Source: Candidatus Rariloculaceae bacterium (GTDB lineage Bacteria > Pseudomonadota > Gammaproteobacteria > Steroidobacterales > Rariloculaceae). Taken from it: a stretch of DNA of 64,000 nt. The translations under genes were made by a program, and so were the position numbers. Positions 47,640 to 56,848 of this stretch are shown in pieces. Every line of letters starts with the position of its first letter. Position 1 is the first letter of the stretch. The stretch is taken from contig OZ242031.1 in NCBI GenBank assembly GCA_965205045.1, positions 2,268,044-2,332,043 on the forward strand. Reading direction: 5' to 3'. The notes under the pieces were generated by a model, which searched no databases, had not been told where the DNA came from, and saw nothing but the letters and a program-made list of their open reading frames with translations.

Positions 47640-47944
47640 CTCCCTCTTGAAATCCCGCCTCAAGTACGCTTCAATATGCCGTGATTTCAGGCCGGGCGCT
47701 ACCTGCGCGAGCACGTCGCGATGCACTGCAGGCCCAACACTTTCAAGCACTACGGCCTGATGGTGCGCAAGCACATCGTGCCGGGCCTTGCAGACCTGCG
47801 CGTGTCGGAGGTGCGGCGTAACCACATCCTCATGTTCCAGTACGGGCTGAGCGACATGCCCACGGTTCGGATTCAGCGGAGCTCGGGATTCGCCACGTTG
47901 AATTCTTCGAGGGGAATCGCCTACAGTGAGAAGATTCCAAACTA
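47640..47944 (+). pseudogene. tyrosine-integrase fragment (core-binding/SAM-like region only), cut by the IS
   Basis: ...YLREHVAMHCRPNTFKHYGLMVRKHIVPGLADLRVSEVRRNHILMFQYGLSDMP resembles the N-terminal core-binding domain of phage-type integrases. No catalytic domain follows. Confidence 0.5.
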
Positions 47945-48798
47945 GGGCGTGTTAACACTAGCAGGCAAAAACGTGGTATCCTTCGTCGCGTTGTCCAGGA
48001 CGCGGAAACCGGAGGAAAATCAGGGATATGGAACTCACCGAAGCCCAATTCGAACGGATCGGGCCGCTGCTGCCGGTGCAGCGCGGAAACGTGAGCCTGC
48101 CGAACATCCAGGTGCTCAACGCGATCCTGTACGTGGCCGAGCACGGCTGCAAGTGGCGCGGGCTGCCCGAAAGGTTCGGCAATTGGCACACCGTCTACAC
48201 GCGGATGAACCGCTGGTCGAAGAACGGCGTTCTGGATCGCGTGTTCGAGCACCTGCAACGGGAGCGGCTCGTGCGCGTCAAGGTGGAGGCGGCGGGGCTG
48301 GACAGCACCGGCGTCAAGGTGCATCCGGACGGCACGGGGGCGGAAAAAAAAACGGCCCCCAATCCATCGGCAAGTCCCGTGGGGGCTGGACCACCAAGAT
48401 TCATATGGTTGCCGCGGATGACCGGACCGCCCTCGCGTTCTCGCTCTCTCCAGGCCAGGCGCACGACGCGCCCGAAGGGCGCAAGTTGCTGAGAGGCATG
48501 GAGAAACCGTCGAACAGCCCGGCGCTGGTGATGGACCGCGCGTATGAGGACGACGCCACCCGCCAACTGGTTCTGGACCTGGGATTCGTGCCGGTCGTGC
48601 CGCCGAAGAGCAACCGCGTCGACCCTTGGGAGTACGATCGGGAGATGTACAAGCGGCGCAATGAGGTCGAGCGGCTGTTCCGGCGCCTGAAGGGGTTCCG
48701 GCGCATCTTCTCGCGCTTCGAGAAACTCGATGTCGTATTCCTCGGCTTCGTCGTCTTCGTGCTCATCGTCGACGCGTTGCTGTAGTGTTAACAGGCCC
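47945..48798 (+). mobile_element. IS5-family insertion sequence (IS427-group-like), 854 bp, apparently intact
   Basis: Terminal IRs gggcgtgttaacact / rc gggcctgttaacact. Flanking TA (or CTA) direct repeat at 47943-47944 and 48799-48800. Two overlapping transposase frames. Confidence 0.85.
48028..48785 (+). CDS. IS5-family transposase (orfA/orfB joined by a probable programmed -1 frameshift at an A9 run, 48344-48352)
   Basis: orfA MELTEAQFERIGPLLP...HGCKWRGLPERFGNWHTVYTRMNRWSKNGV. orfB ...GGWTTKIHMVAADD...VMDRAYEDD...YKRRNEVERLFRRLKGFRRIFSRFEK, giving DDE residues in the usual IS5 context. Confidence 0.85.
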
Positions 48799-48838
48799 TA
48801 GTTGCCAATGTCTTGTGGAACTGGAAGAGGGGTTAGTC

Positions 48839-51800
48839 ATGCGGAATCACCTGTTGGCGGCGCTGGCCGCCGTCGTGCTGTGCACACCGGTCTTCGCCCA
48901 GGACGAGGAATCGACGCCGGGGTTCAACGAAGCTACTTTCGAAGGCCTTGAATTGCGCGGGATCGGGCCCGCACTCATGTCGGGACGAATCTCCGACATT
49001 GTCATCCACCCGGACAACAACAACGTCTGGTACGTGGCTGTGGGCAGCGGCAATGTCTGGAAGACCGATAACTCGGGTACGACCTGGACACCGATATTTG
49101 ACGATCAGGGCTCGTATTCCATCGGCGCAATCACGCTGGACCCCAATAACCCGAACGTTGTCTGGGTTGGTACTGGCGAAAACGTCAGCGGGCGTCATGC
49201 CGGCTACGGCGACGGCGTCTATCGCAGCCGGGACGGCGGCAAGAGCTGGGAGAACATGGGCCTGGAGGCGTCCGAGCGGGTCGGCATGATCCGGATTGAC
49301 CCGAGGGACTCGGACACGATTTTTGTCGCAGCGCAGGGGCCGCTGTGGTCGGGCGGCGGTGAACGCGGCCTCTACAAGTCAACCGACGGCGGCGAAAACT
49401 GGCGCAAGGTGCTGGGAGACGGGCTCGGCAACACTGACGAGGACGACCGGTACACGGGCGTTTCGGAAGTGCACATGGACCCGCGCAACCCTGACGTCAT
49501 GTATGCCGTTTCGTGGCAGCGGCTGCGCAACGTCGCGGTGCTGATCGATGGTGGTCCCGGCACGGGTATCCACAAGTCGGTCGACGGCGGCGAGACCTGG
49601 CGTCAACTGGAGAACGGGCTTCCGGACGGCATGATGGGCAAGACCGGCCTGGCCGTCAGCCCGCAGAATCCCGATGTGATCTACGCCACGATCGAGCTCG
49701 ACAATCGCACTGGCGGTTTTTGGCGCTCGGCCGACGGCGGCGAGACCTGGGAGAAGATGAACGACTACCTGTCCAGCGGCACGGGCCCGCATTACTACCA
49801 GGAAATTTTTGCCAGCCCGCACGCCTTTGATCGTGTTTACCAGATGGACGTGCACCTGCACCGCACGGATAACGGCGGTAAGGACTTCGTCAGAATGGAG
49901 CACGAAACGAAGCACGTAGACCATCATGCGATGGCGTTTCGTGCCAACGACCCGAACTACCTGATCGTTGGCAACGACGGTGGCATTTACGAGAGTTTCG
50001 ACCTCGGCGAAACCTGGAAATACGTTGCGAACCTGCCCATTACGCAGTTCTACAAGGTGGCCGTCGACTACGACGAACCGTTCTACAACATCTACGGCGG
50101 GACGCAGGACAACAACAGCCAGGGCGGGCCTTCGCAAACCTGGGACGTGTCCGGAATTCGCAATGCAGACTGGTTTGTCACGCTCTTCGGTGACGGCCAT
50201 CAGTCCGCGGTGGATCCCGACAATCCGGACATCGTCTACGCGGAGTGGCAGCAGGGCAACCTGACCCGCTATGACCGGCGCACCGGAGAGAACACCTATA
50301 TTCGTCCGCAGGCGCGCGAGGGCGAGCCGCCCGATCGCTACAACTGGGACGCCCCGATCCTGATCAGTCCGCACGATTCGAAGACGTTGTTTTTCGCCTC
50401 GCAGCGCCTGTGGCGAAGCGATGACCATGGCGACACCTGGACGCCGATCAGCGGCGATCTGACACGCGACGAGGATCGCGTCAGCCTGCCGGTCATGGGC
50501 CGCACGTGGAGTTATGACGCGCCGCGCGACCTGTGGGCCATGTCCAGCTACAACACGATCGTCAACATTTCCCAGTCACCGATCGACCCTGACGTACTGT
50601 ACGCGGGCTCCGACGACGGGCAGATCAGTATCACCGAGGATGGCGGCGAAACCTGGCGCACAATTGACGAGCTGCCGGATGTGCCGGACCGGTTCTTCGT
50701 CAATGACATCAAGGCGGATCTGCACGATGCCGACACCGTCTACGTCGTCGTCGACGATCACAAGGCCGGCGATTTTGCGCCCTACATCCTGATGAGCGAG
50801 AACCGCGGTCGAAGCTGGCGCAGTATCTCGGGCAACCTGCCCGAACGCCACGTGCTCTGGCGCGTGGTACAGGACCACGTTGAGCCGGACCTGTTGTTCG
50901 TCGGCACCGAATTCGGCTTGTTCTTCACAGTTGATGGCGGCGGTTCCTGGACCAAGCTCAAGGGCGGAACACCCAACATTCCGTTCCGCGACCTCGCGAT
51001 TCAGCAGCGTGAGAACGACGTCGTGGGTGCGACCTTCGGACGCAGCTTCTATGTGCTGGACGACTATTCGCCACTGCGGCAGGTCAATGCGGACATGCTG
51101 CGCAACGACAACGTGCTGTTCGATGTTGCCGATGCGCTCTGGTACGTTCCGAAACGTTCGCTTGGCTGTGAATCGCCGGGCTGTCAGGGGTCCCAGGGCG
51201 ACAGCTATTTCATGGCGCCAAACCCGGATTTCGGGGCGATCTTTACGTACTACCTGGCCGAGGGTTTCAAGAGCCGCAGGGACGTTCGCCGTGAGGCCGA
51301 GCAAGCACTCGAGGCTGAGAACGAGGATGTCGCGGTGGCGGACTGGGACACGATTCTCAGCGAAGAGCGGGAAGATGAACCCGCCATCGTCTTCACGGTG
51401 ACCGATAGCAACGGCAACGTGGTGCGACAGATCGAGGCGCCCGCCGATGCCGGCTTCCATCGCGTTGCGTGGGACCTCAGGTACCCGGCATTACAGCCAT
51501 GGTCTGACGAACCGGAAGAGAGCGACTCTGGCGGCGGCGGCGTTCTGGTTGCTCCGGGAACCTTTACTGTGCAAATGCAGATTCGTGAAGACGGCGATGT
51601 CAGCGCGATCGGGGATCCGCAGTCGTTCGGAGTCACATCGATTCGTCCGGACCCGGTCTTGCCGGGCAGCACGCAGGAACAACGCGTCATCTTCGAATCG
51701 CAGGTTGCGGAGCTGTCGCGTGCGGCGAACGGTACAGGCGCTGCCATCGACGAGGTGATACAGGAGATCGATGCCGTCAAGGCGACCCTCACTCGCTCAC

Positions 51801-52135
51801 TGACCGACGGGTCGTTGTACGAACTCGCCAACTCGATTCAGCAGAACCTCAAAATCCAGCGCGATCGCCTGAGCGGCAATGCCCAACGAATGGATTACAA
51901 GGACGAGGATGAGATGACGGTCTCCGCACGCCTCTATCATGCGGGCTTCGAATTCTCGCTCGGGGCCTACGGACCGACGCCGGAGCAGCGTGATTCCCTG
52001 CGCATCGGTCGCGCACTGTACGACGAGATCGTCGCGGAGCTCGATCAACTCGTAAACGAGGAGTACGCGGGCCTCAAGGAGGCGATGGACACCGCGAGAG
52101 TGCCCTGGACCCCGGGCAGGAGCATTCAGCCGTAA
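48839..52135 (+). CDS. secreted BNR/Asp-box repeat protein (sortilin/VPS10-like beta-propeller)
   Basis: 1098 aa from ATG 48839. Signal peptide MRNHLLAALAAVVLCTPVFAQ. At least seven S-x-D-x-G-x-[TS]-W boxes (TDNSGTTW, SRDGGKSW, STDGGENW, SVDGGETW, SADGGETW, TEDGGETW, TVDGGGSW). Confidence 0.85.
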   Translation: MRNHLLAALAAVVLCTPVFAQDEESTPGFNEATFEGLELRGIGPALMSGRISDIVIHPDNNNVWYVAVGSGNVWKTDNSGTTWTPIFDDQGSYSIGAITLDPNNPNVVWVGTGENVSGRHAGYGDGVYRSRDGGKSWENMGLEASERVGMIRIDPRDSDTIFVAAQGPLWSGGGERGLYKSTDGGENWRKVLGDGLGNTDEDDRYTGVSEVHMDPRNPDVMYAVSWQRLRNVAVLIDGGPGTGIHKSVDGGETWRQLENGLPDGMMGKTGLAVSPQNPDVIYATIELDNRTGGFWRSADGGETWEKMNDYLSSGTGPHYYQEIFASPHAFDRVYQMDVHLHRTDNGGKDFVRMEHETKHVDHHAMAFRANDPNYLIVGNDGGIYESFDLGETWKYVANLPITQFYKVAVDYDEPFYNIYGGTQDNNSQGGPSQTWDVSGIRNADWFVTLFGDGHQSAVDPDNPDIVYAEWQQGNLTRYDRRTGENTYIRPQAREGEPPDRYNWDAPILISPHDSKTLFFASQRLWRSDDHGDTWTPISGDLTRDEDRVSLPVMGRTWSYDAPRDLWAMSSYNTIVNISQSPIDPDVLYAGSDDGQISITEDGGETWRTIDELPDVPDRFFVNDIKADLHDADTVYVVVDDHKAGDFAPYILMSENRGRSWRSISGNLPERHVLWRVVQDHVEPDLLFVGTEFGLFFTVDGGGSWTKLKGGTPNIPFRDLAIQQRENDVVGATFGRSFYVLDDYSPLRQVNADMLRNDNVLFDVADALWYVPKRSLGCESPGCQGSQGDSYFMAPNPDFGAIFTYYLAEGFKSRRDVRREAEQALEAENEDVAVADWDTILSEEREDEPAIVFTVTDSNGNVVRQIEAPADAGFHRVAWDLRYPALQPWSDEPEESDSGGGGVLVAPGTFTVQMQIREDGDVSAIGDPQSFGVTSIRPDPVLPGSTQEQRVIFESQVAELSRAANGTGAAIDEVIQEIDAVKATLTRSLTDGSLYELANSIQQNLKIQRDRLSGNAQRMDYKDEDEMTVSARLYHAGFEFSLGAYGPTPEQRDSLRIGRALYDEIVAELDQLVNEEYAGLKEAMDTARVPWTPGRSIQP

Positions 52136-52260
52136 GCGGCCATCGGCTTCAGCGCCAGCCAGGTCGCTTTACGGCAACTGAAACGGCTGCGCAAAACGGT
52201 TGTTATAATTGGCCCCGAGCCCACGATCTCGTCGATTTCAGAAAAGAGAGGACACCCATC

Positions 52261-52797
52261 ATGAAGGATCAACCACATCCTGTTCTGACCGCGGCTTGCG
52301 GTCTCGCCCTTGCCGCCGTTGCGACGTCAGCTGCAGCGCAATCGATTTCCGAACAGGACGTCATTGACGCGCAGACAACCTGGGGTGAGGGTATTGTCGC
52401 GATTTCCACAGTTCATGCCGATGGCGGCGACTACACCGCCCGTGCGACGGAACACGTCAATGACCTTTATGCATATGGCCAGACCGACGTCATGTTCAAA
52501 CCGACCATGGCAGCGGAAGATCAGTTCCGTGAAACATTTGACGAAGCCCTGAGTTATTTCATTGGGCAGGACGGAACGGAGGACAACGGGTTCGCAATCT
52601 ATGGCTGGACCAATGTTGGGTGGGAGAACAACGGCATCTACACCAACGACACCTCCGCAATGGCCATGGGCAACTACTACTTCACAGGCCCGGACGGTAA
52701 CGAGACGAAGGTTGAGTACACCTTTGGCTACGTCCTGGTTGACGGTGATCTGAAGATCAATCTTCATCATTCATCGCTGCCCTACAGCCCCGAGTAA
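52261..52797 (+). CDS. secreted protein (178 aa), possibly NTF2/SnoaL-like fold
   Basis: SD AGAGAGGA and signal peptide ...LALAAVATSAAAQ. TATAAT at 52205-52210 upstream. The fold assignment is a weak impression only. Confidence 0.6.
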   Translation: MKDQPHPVLTAACGLALAAVATSAAAQSISEQDVIDAQTTWGEGIVAISTVHADGGDYTARATEHVNDLYAYGQTDVMFKPTMAAEDQFRETFDEALSYFIGQDGTEDNGFAIYGWTNVGWENNGIYTNDTSAMAMGNYYFTGPDGNETKVEYTFGYVLVDGDLKINLHHSSLPYSPE

Positions 52798-52851
52798 TCG
52801 GAGAGCCCGGCCTTTTCAGGCCACAACCGGCGGGGGCGCGGTTCGCGGCGT

Positions 52852-54867
52852 TCATTCGGGGTTCTCCGGGCCGGGGTTCTCGGGCGCGACGCGCAGCAGC
52901 CAATCGCCGTCTTCTTCTCCGGTGGGCACGACGCAGGCCATCAGCCCCGCCGCGCGCTCGGCGGACAGCGTTTTTTCGCTGGAGGGTTCGCCGGCGGGTC
53001 CGGCGGGGGTCGCGCCGCCGGCGGGTTCGCCGCCGGGTTCGGGGTGGCTTGCGTGCCTGGGGAACGCCCCGCCCGCGCCGCGGCAGGAGGCGTAGGCGGG
53101 GGCGTCCTTCCAGTTCTCGTCCGCGTCCCACAGGCACAGGTCGAAGTCCCGCCCGTTGTCGAGCCGGTAGGCCAGGTGCGTGCTCTCGCCGAGGGCGTCC
53201 AGTTCCCCCTGATGGGGAACGAAGCAGTACGGCGAATGGATGGCGCGCGCGCGCCGCCCGACGATCGGCGTGGCGCTCGCCCCGGTGTCTGGCGGATCGA
53301 TGCCGCCGGGGTCCGTGCCGCCGCCGGGTTCGCCGGCGTCATCGCCGGGTTCGCGGGCCGTGGAGTCCGCGATGGTCACCACCACCCAATGCCGGGCGTG
53401 CGCCCTCACCTCCCGCGGAAGCGATTCCAGCGCCATCTCCACCGTGAAGGTCTCGTCGTCGGCGTCCCCGTCGTGCGCCGTCGCGACCTCGGCCGTGCCG
53501 GAGGCGGACCCGGCCGGGATCCGGATGGAGGCGAGCGCGCCGAAGTCGCCGGGCTCCGCCGTGACCGCGAACAGCCCCACCGGGATCGTAACGTCCGCCG
53601 CCAGCGCCGCGGTCAGCGTCACCCTCACGGTCACCGCGGACCCCTCGGCCACCGGGTTCGGGGATGCCGAGATCGAGACCGTGGGCGCGGCCGGGTCGTC
53701 GCCGTCGTCGGCGTCGCCGTCGGCGATGGTCACCGTCACCGAGGCGGGCGTGCCCGCCGACACCGAGGCGGGCAGCGAACCCAGCGCCACCGTGAAGGTC
53801 TCGTCCTCGTCGTCGCCGTCGTGCGCCGTCGCGACCGTGCCCGCGCCGGAGGCGGACCCGGCCGGGATCCGGATGGAGGCGAGCGCGCCGTAGTCGCCGG
53901 GCTCCGCCGTGCCCGCGGTCAGCGTCACCGGGATCGACACGTCGGCCGCCAGCGCCGCGGACAGCGTCGCGGTCACCGTCACCGGGGAGCCCTCCGCCAC
54001 CGTGGCCGGGGAGGCCGACAGCCGGACCGCGGGGACGGCCGGGGGGCGGGGGTCGGAGATGGTCACCGTCGTCTCGCTGCCCGCGTTGGGCACTTCGTAG
54101 GGCGGGTCGTCGCCGGCGGGGGCGCTCAGCAGGAAGGACGCGGTCTCCTCGCCCTCCGCGGCCCCGTCTGCCACGGCGGACAGCGTGAAGGTGGCGCTGG
54201 AGGCGTTGGCCGGCAGCGTCAGTATCCTCAACCCGCGGCGCCCGCCCACCCCGGTCAGGGCATAGTCGTTTTCATCGGCCGATAAGGGGATTGTCGCCGA
54301 GACGTAGACGCTGCTGGCCTCGGCCAGTTGCGGGGAGATGTTGACCGTCAGCGTGACGCTCTCGCCCTCGTGGACGCTGTAGGCGGCCTTGGCGAAGCCG
54401 ATCCGCGGCCGCGCCGGGGGCGGGTCGGCGGGTGCGGCCCGGGGCGTGACGGTCGCCGCCGCGCTGAGGGCGCTGCAGTTCGCGCCGGAGGTCGAGCCGC
54501 CCGCGCACGCCCTGATCCGGGCCCAGTAGGTCGTCCCGTTGGAGATCGTGATGGCGGAGCCGCTGACGATCGTCTTGCTCGTGGCCGTGCCGGGCCTCGC
54601 GAAGACCGCGGCCCATGCCCCGCCCTGGGGGGCGTACCGGATGACGTAGGTGCCGGCGCCCGGCGAGGCGTTCCACCTCGCGGTGAACTGCCCGTCGCCC
54701 GCGGCGAGCGTCAAGCCCGTCGGCGTGGGCGGCGCCTGGGCCCGCGCGGGGGAGGCGGGCAGGGCGATGGCGCCCAGCAGCGCCAGGGCGGCCGGAAGGA
54801 GCGCGGAACGGCGCGGCGGGGCGGTTGCGGCGCGGGCGCGGCGCCCCCGGCTGGCGGACCGGGCCAC
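52852..54867 (-). CDS. secreted FN3 + triple Calx-beta-like repeat protein
   Basis: Start placed at GTG 54867 (VARSASRGRRARAATAPPRRSALLPAALALLGAIALPASPARAQA signal peptide). FN3-like GLTLAAGDGQFTARWNASPGAGTYVIRY. Three repeats of the type VAEGS.VTVT..LSAALAADV.IPV...AGTAEPGDYGAL...IPAGSASG...TAHDGD.DDETFTV. Confidence 0.75.
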   Translation of the reverse strand: MARSASRGRRARAATAPPRRSALLPAALALLGAIALPASPARAQAPPTPTGLTLAAGDGQFTARWNASPGAGTYVIRYAPQGGAWAAVFARPGTATSKTIVSGSAITISNGTTYWARIRACAGGSTSGANCSALSAAATVTPRAAPADPPPARPRIGFAKAAYSVHEGESVTLTVNISPQLAEASSVYVSATIPLSADENDYALTGVGGRRGLRILTLPANASSATFTLSAVADGAAEGEETASFLLSAPAGDDPPYEVPNAGSETTVTISDPRPPAVPAVRLSASPATVAEGSPVTVTATLSAALAADVSIPVTLTAGTAEPGDYGALASIRIPAGSASGAGTVATAHDGDDEDETFTVALGSLPASVSAGTPASVTVTIADGDADDGDDPAAPTVSISASPNPVAEGSAVTVRVTLTAALAADVTIPVGLFAVTAEPGDFGALASIRIPAGSASGTAEVATAHDGDADDETFTVEMALESLPREVRAHARHWVVVTIADSTAREPGDDAGEPGGGTDPGGIDPPDTGASATPIVGRRARAIHSPYCFVPHQGELDALGESTHLAYRLDNGRDFDLCLWDADENWKDAPAYASCRGAGGAFPRHASHPEPGGEPAGGATPAGPAGEPSSEKTLSAERAAGLMACVVPTGEEDGDWLLRVAPENPGPENPE

Positions 54868-54880
54868 GGGGTCAGGCCCC

Positions 54881-54985
54881 GGCTCGGCTCGGCTCGGCTC
54901 GGCTCGGCTCGGCTCGGCTCGGCTCGGCTCGGCTCGGCTCGGCTCGGCTCGGCTCGGCTCGGCTCGGCTCGGCTCGGCTCGGCTC
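54881..54985. repeat. pentanucleotide microsatellite (GGCTC)21
   Basis: 21 uninterrupted GGCTC units. On the minus strand they translate as (AEPSR)n in the TTG-initiated extension of the surface-protein ORF. The tract starts 14 bp upstream of the likely GTG start. Confidence 0.97.
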
Positions 54986-55374
54986 GGCAATTATAACCGA
55001 ATTCCAAGCCGGGATTGTCACGGACTCATTGACATTCATGCTCGATCCCCCCGCCTCACGACATCCCTTTCCGCTCATTGTGGATGCCCGTATATTCACC
55101 GCGCGGCGCGGCCTTGTCAACCGCCCGCCAGGCCGCCCGCCAGGCCATAACCAATCGTTTCATCTGCCTCGCAGAATTTGCCGCAGTTCCTCGACGGTAT
55201 CGGACGGAAGTCCGGTTCCGCGTGCCGTGGCGCCCCAAGTTTCGCGGGCGGCACAAGCGACGGCGAAGGTTCGCATATGTCCGAGGTCGCGGGGCGAGAA
55301 TCCCATGATGTCCGGGAGCTTCTTGAAGATCGTGAGACGGTCGGTCGATGGTATTGAAGCCCCAGCCCCGGTAA

Positions 55375-55837
55375 CTCGGATTGAGGGTGCGCCGCAACGG
55401 GCGCAAGACGTGGGTCATGCACCGGCGCTGCAACGGCTCCGTCATCAAGCGGACGCTCGGCAAGCTGGACGCGCTGACGGTCGAGGATGCGCGGCACGCG
55501 GCGCGGTCTCGCCGGACCAACTGCCCCTGGGTGTTCGCTTCACCCTGCGGCGAGCCTATAAGGTGGACAAGGCATGGAACGCGATTCGCAAGGGGGCGGG
55601 GCTGACGAAGCTCCGCATTCACGATCTGAGGCATTCGCAGGTGTCGACCGCTGTGCGGGCGGCGCTGCTTGGGGCGGACGATTTGGCGAAGCTCTGTGCG
55701 GTCTTGCGCCAGCACGAAGCGGAGAATCCGGTTTGCGTCGCAGCGGTGCGCCTGCTCGGGCATCGACGCGCCTCCACAACAAAGCGGCACGTCCAGATCG
55801 ACGACGCTACGCTGACAGATCGACGACGCTACGCTGA
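55375..55837 (+). pseudogene. tyrosine integrase, heavily decayed (deletions and frameshifts)
   Basis: Arm-binding-type N-terminus LRVRRNGRKTWVMHRRCNGSVIKRTLGKLDALTVEDARHAA. It jumps to WVFASPCGEPI, then in another frame WNAIRKGAGLTKLRIHDLRHS and LLGHRRASTTKRH (catalytic H-x-x-R, and His where the Tyr context is expected). Confidence 0.7.
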
Positions 55838-55963
55838 GCCAAGCCGCTGAGCGGGTGGCGGTAGAGATTCAGCGGAAGCTATGTCATATTGGCGGCCAGC
55901 GGTGACTGCAGCACAATTTGCACTGACCCATTGGCAACGGCCCCACAAAATAGATGCGACGAT

Positions 55964-56848
55964 ATGGCAAAGGTAATTGGATTCATAAGCGAAAAGGGGG
56001 GAACAGGCAAGACTACGGCCTGCTACCACCTTGCTGTTGCGCTCCAACGGGACCACGCCAAGCGCATACTGGTAGTTGATACGGACTATCAAAGGGGCGG
56101 GATTACTGGTCGGTTTTTTCCCGAGCTAATAGAGCCATTCGGCGCTGGCGAAATATCCGGAACGACTTTGTTCCACAAATTCCAAGAACTTTACAGCGCT
56201 GGAGTTCGCTCTCCAGAAGTAGGAATCAAAAGATGGAGGGACAGTATTGATGTGATCGTTTCCGATCCCAGACTTTCTACTGTTACAGAGGACAAACTGC
56301 CCAGCACCCATAACATTCGAGAGAACAATAAATCGCTTTGGAAGCATCTACAGGTGATTGATTATGTGCTGGATGCTGTTAAGGAAAACTATGACTATAT
56401 TCTGATTGATAGTCATCCTGAAGTGTCTGATGCATTACGTTCGGTCATATATTCATCCGACTACTGTGTTTCGCCGGTAAAGTTTGATCGTCAATCGTCA
56501 ATTGGCGTCGCCACCGTAATTGGTGAAATCAACAATGTGAATGCAGACATGGAGCTTATTAAGAATAGCCTGGATGGTGACATACAATACTCAGATACAA
56601 TTTTTTCCGGTTCGATGGGAATGATGGCCCGCGAATATGGCGGAGATCTTAAGTGGTCGGAATATTTGGAGCGCAATCGACTAAGGCGGACAGGAAGCGT
56701 ATTTGATGTCTATATTACTGAAGGCGACGGCTTGCGGAAAGCGTTATTGGAAAAGTGTCCGGTGTATGATGTCGGCGGCAATAACGCCAGCAAGCAAGCG
56801 CAGCAGTTTCGCAGCTTGACTATCGAGTTTTTGGAGAAATGCCCATGA
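55964..56848 (+). CDS. ParA/MinD-family ATPase
   Basis: 294 aa from ATG 55964. Deviant Walker A ISEKGGTGKTT, then VVDTDYQ and LIDSHPE. Very low G+C. Confidence 0.85.
   Translation: MAKVIGFISEKGGTGKTTACYHLAVALQRDHAKRILVVDTDYQRGGITGRFFPELIEPFGAGEISGTTLFHKFQELYSAGVRSPEVGIKRWRDSIDVIVSDPRLSTVTEDKLPSTHNIRENNKSLWKHLQVIDYVLDAVKENYDYILIDSHPEVSDALRSVIYSSDYCVSPVKFDRQSSIGVATVIGEINNVNADMELIKNSLDGDIQYSDTIFSGSMGMMAREYGGDLKWSEYLERNRLRRTGSVFDVYITEGDGLRKALLEKCPVYDVGGNNASKQAQQFRSLTIEFLEKCP

Noticed and set aside
52205-52210. Perfect TATAAT hexamer 50 bp upstream of the 52261 gene, considered as a promoter.
   Set aside because: I could not find a -35 element at suitable spacing. It is plausible but not enough for a separate regulatory feature.
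54650-55150. Several ORFs on both strands encoding (LGSAR)n or (AEPSR)n, for example 54650-55150 (+), 54711-55007 (-) and 54872-55120 (-).
   Set aside because: All are translation artefacts of the (GGCTC)21 microsatellite, which is open in every frame.
55150-55330. A minus-strand frame reading ...RLTIFKKLPDIMGFSPRDLGHMRTFAVACAARETWG...EELRQILRGR* is reminiscent of the N-terminal region of DUF1016/YhcG-type nuclease proteins (GFS.RNL..MR.FY).
   Set aside because: It is a short fragment with no start codon context and no nuclease domain. It could be a relic, but the support is insufficient for a feature.
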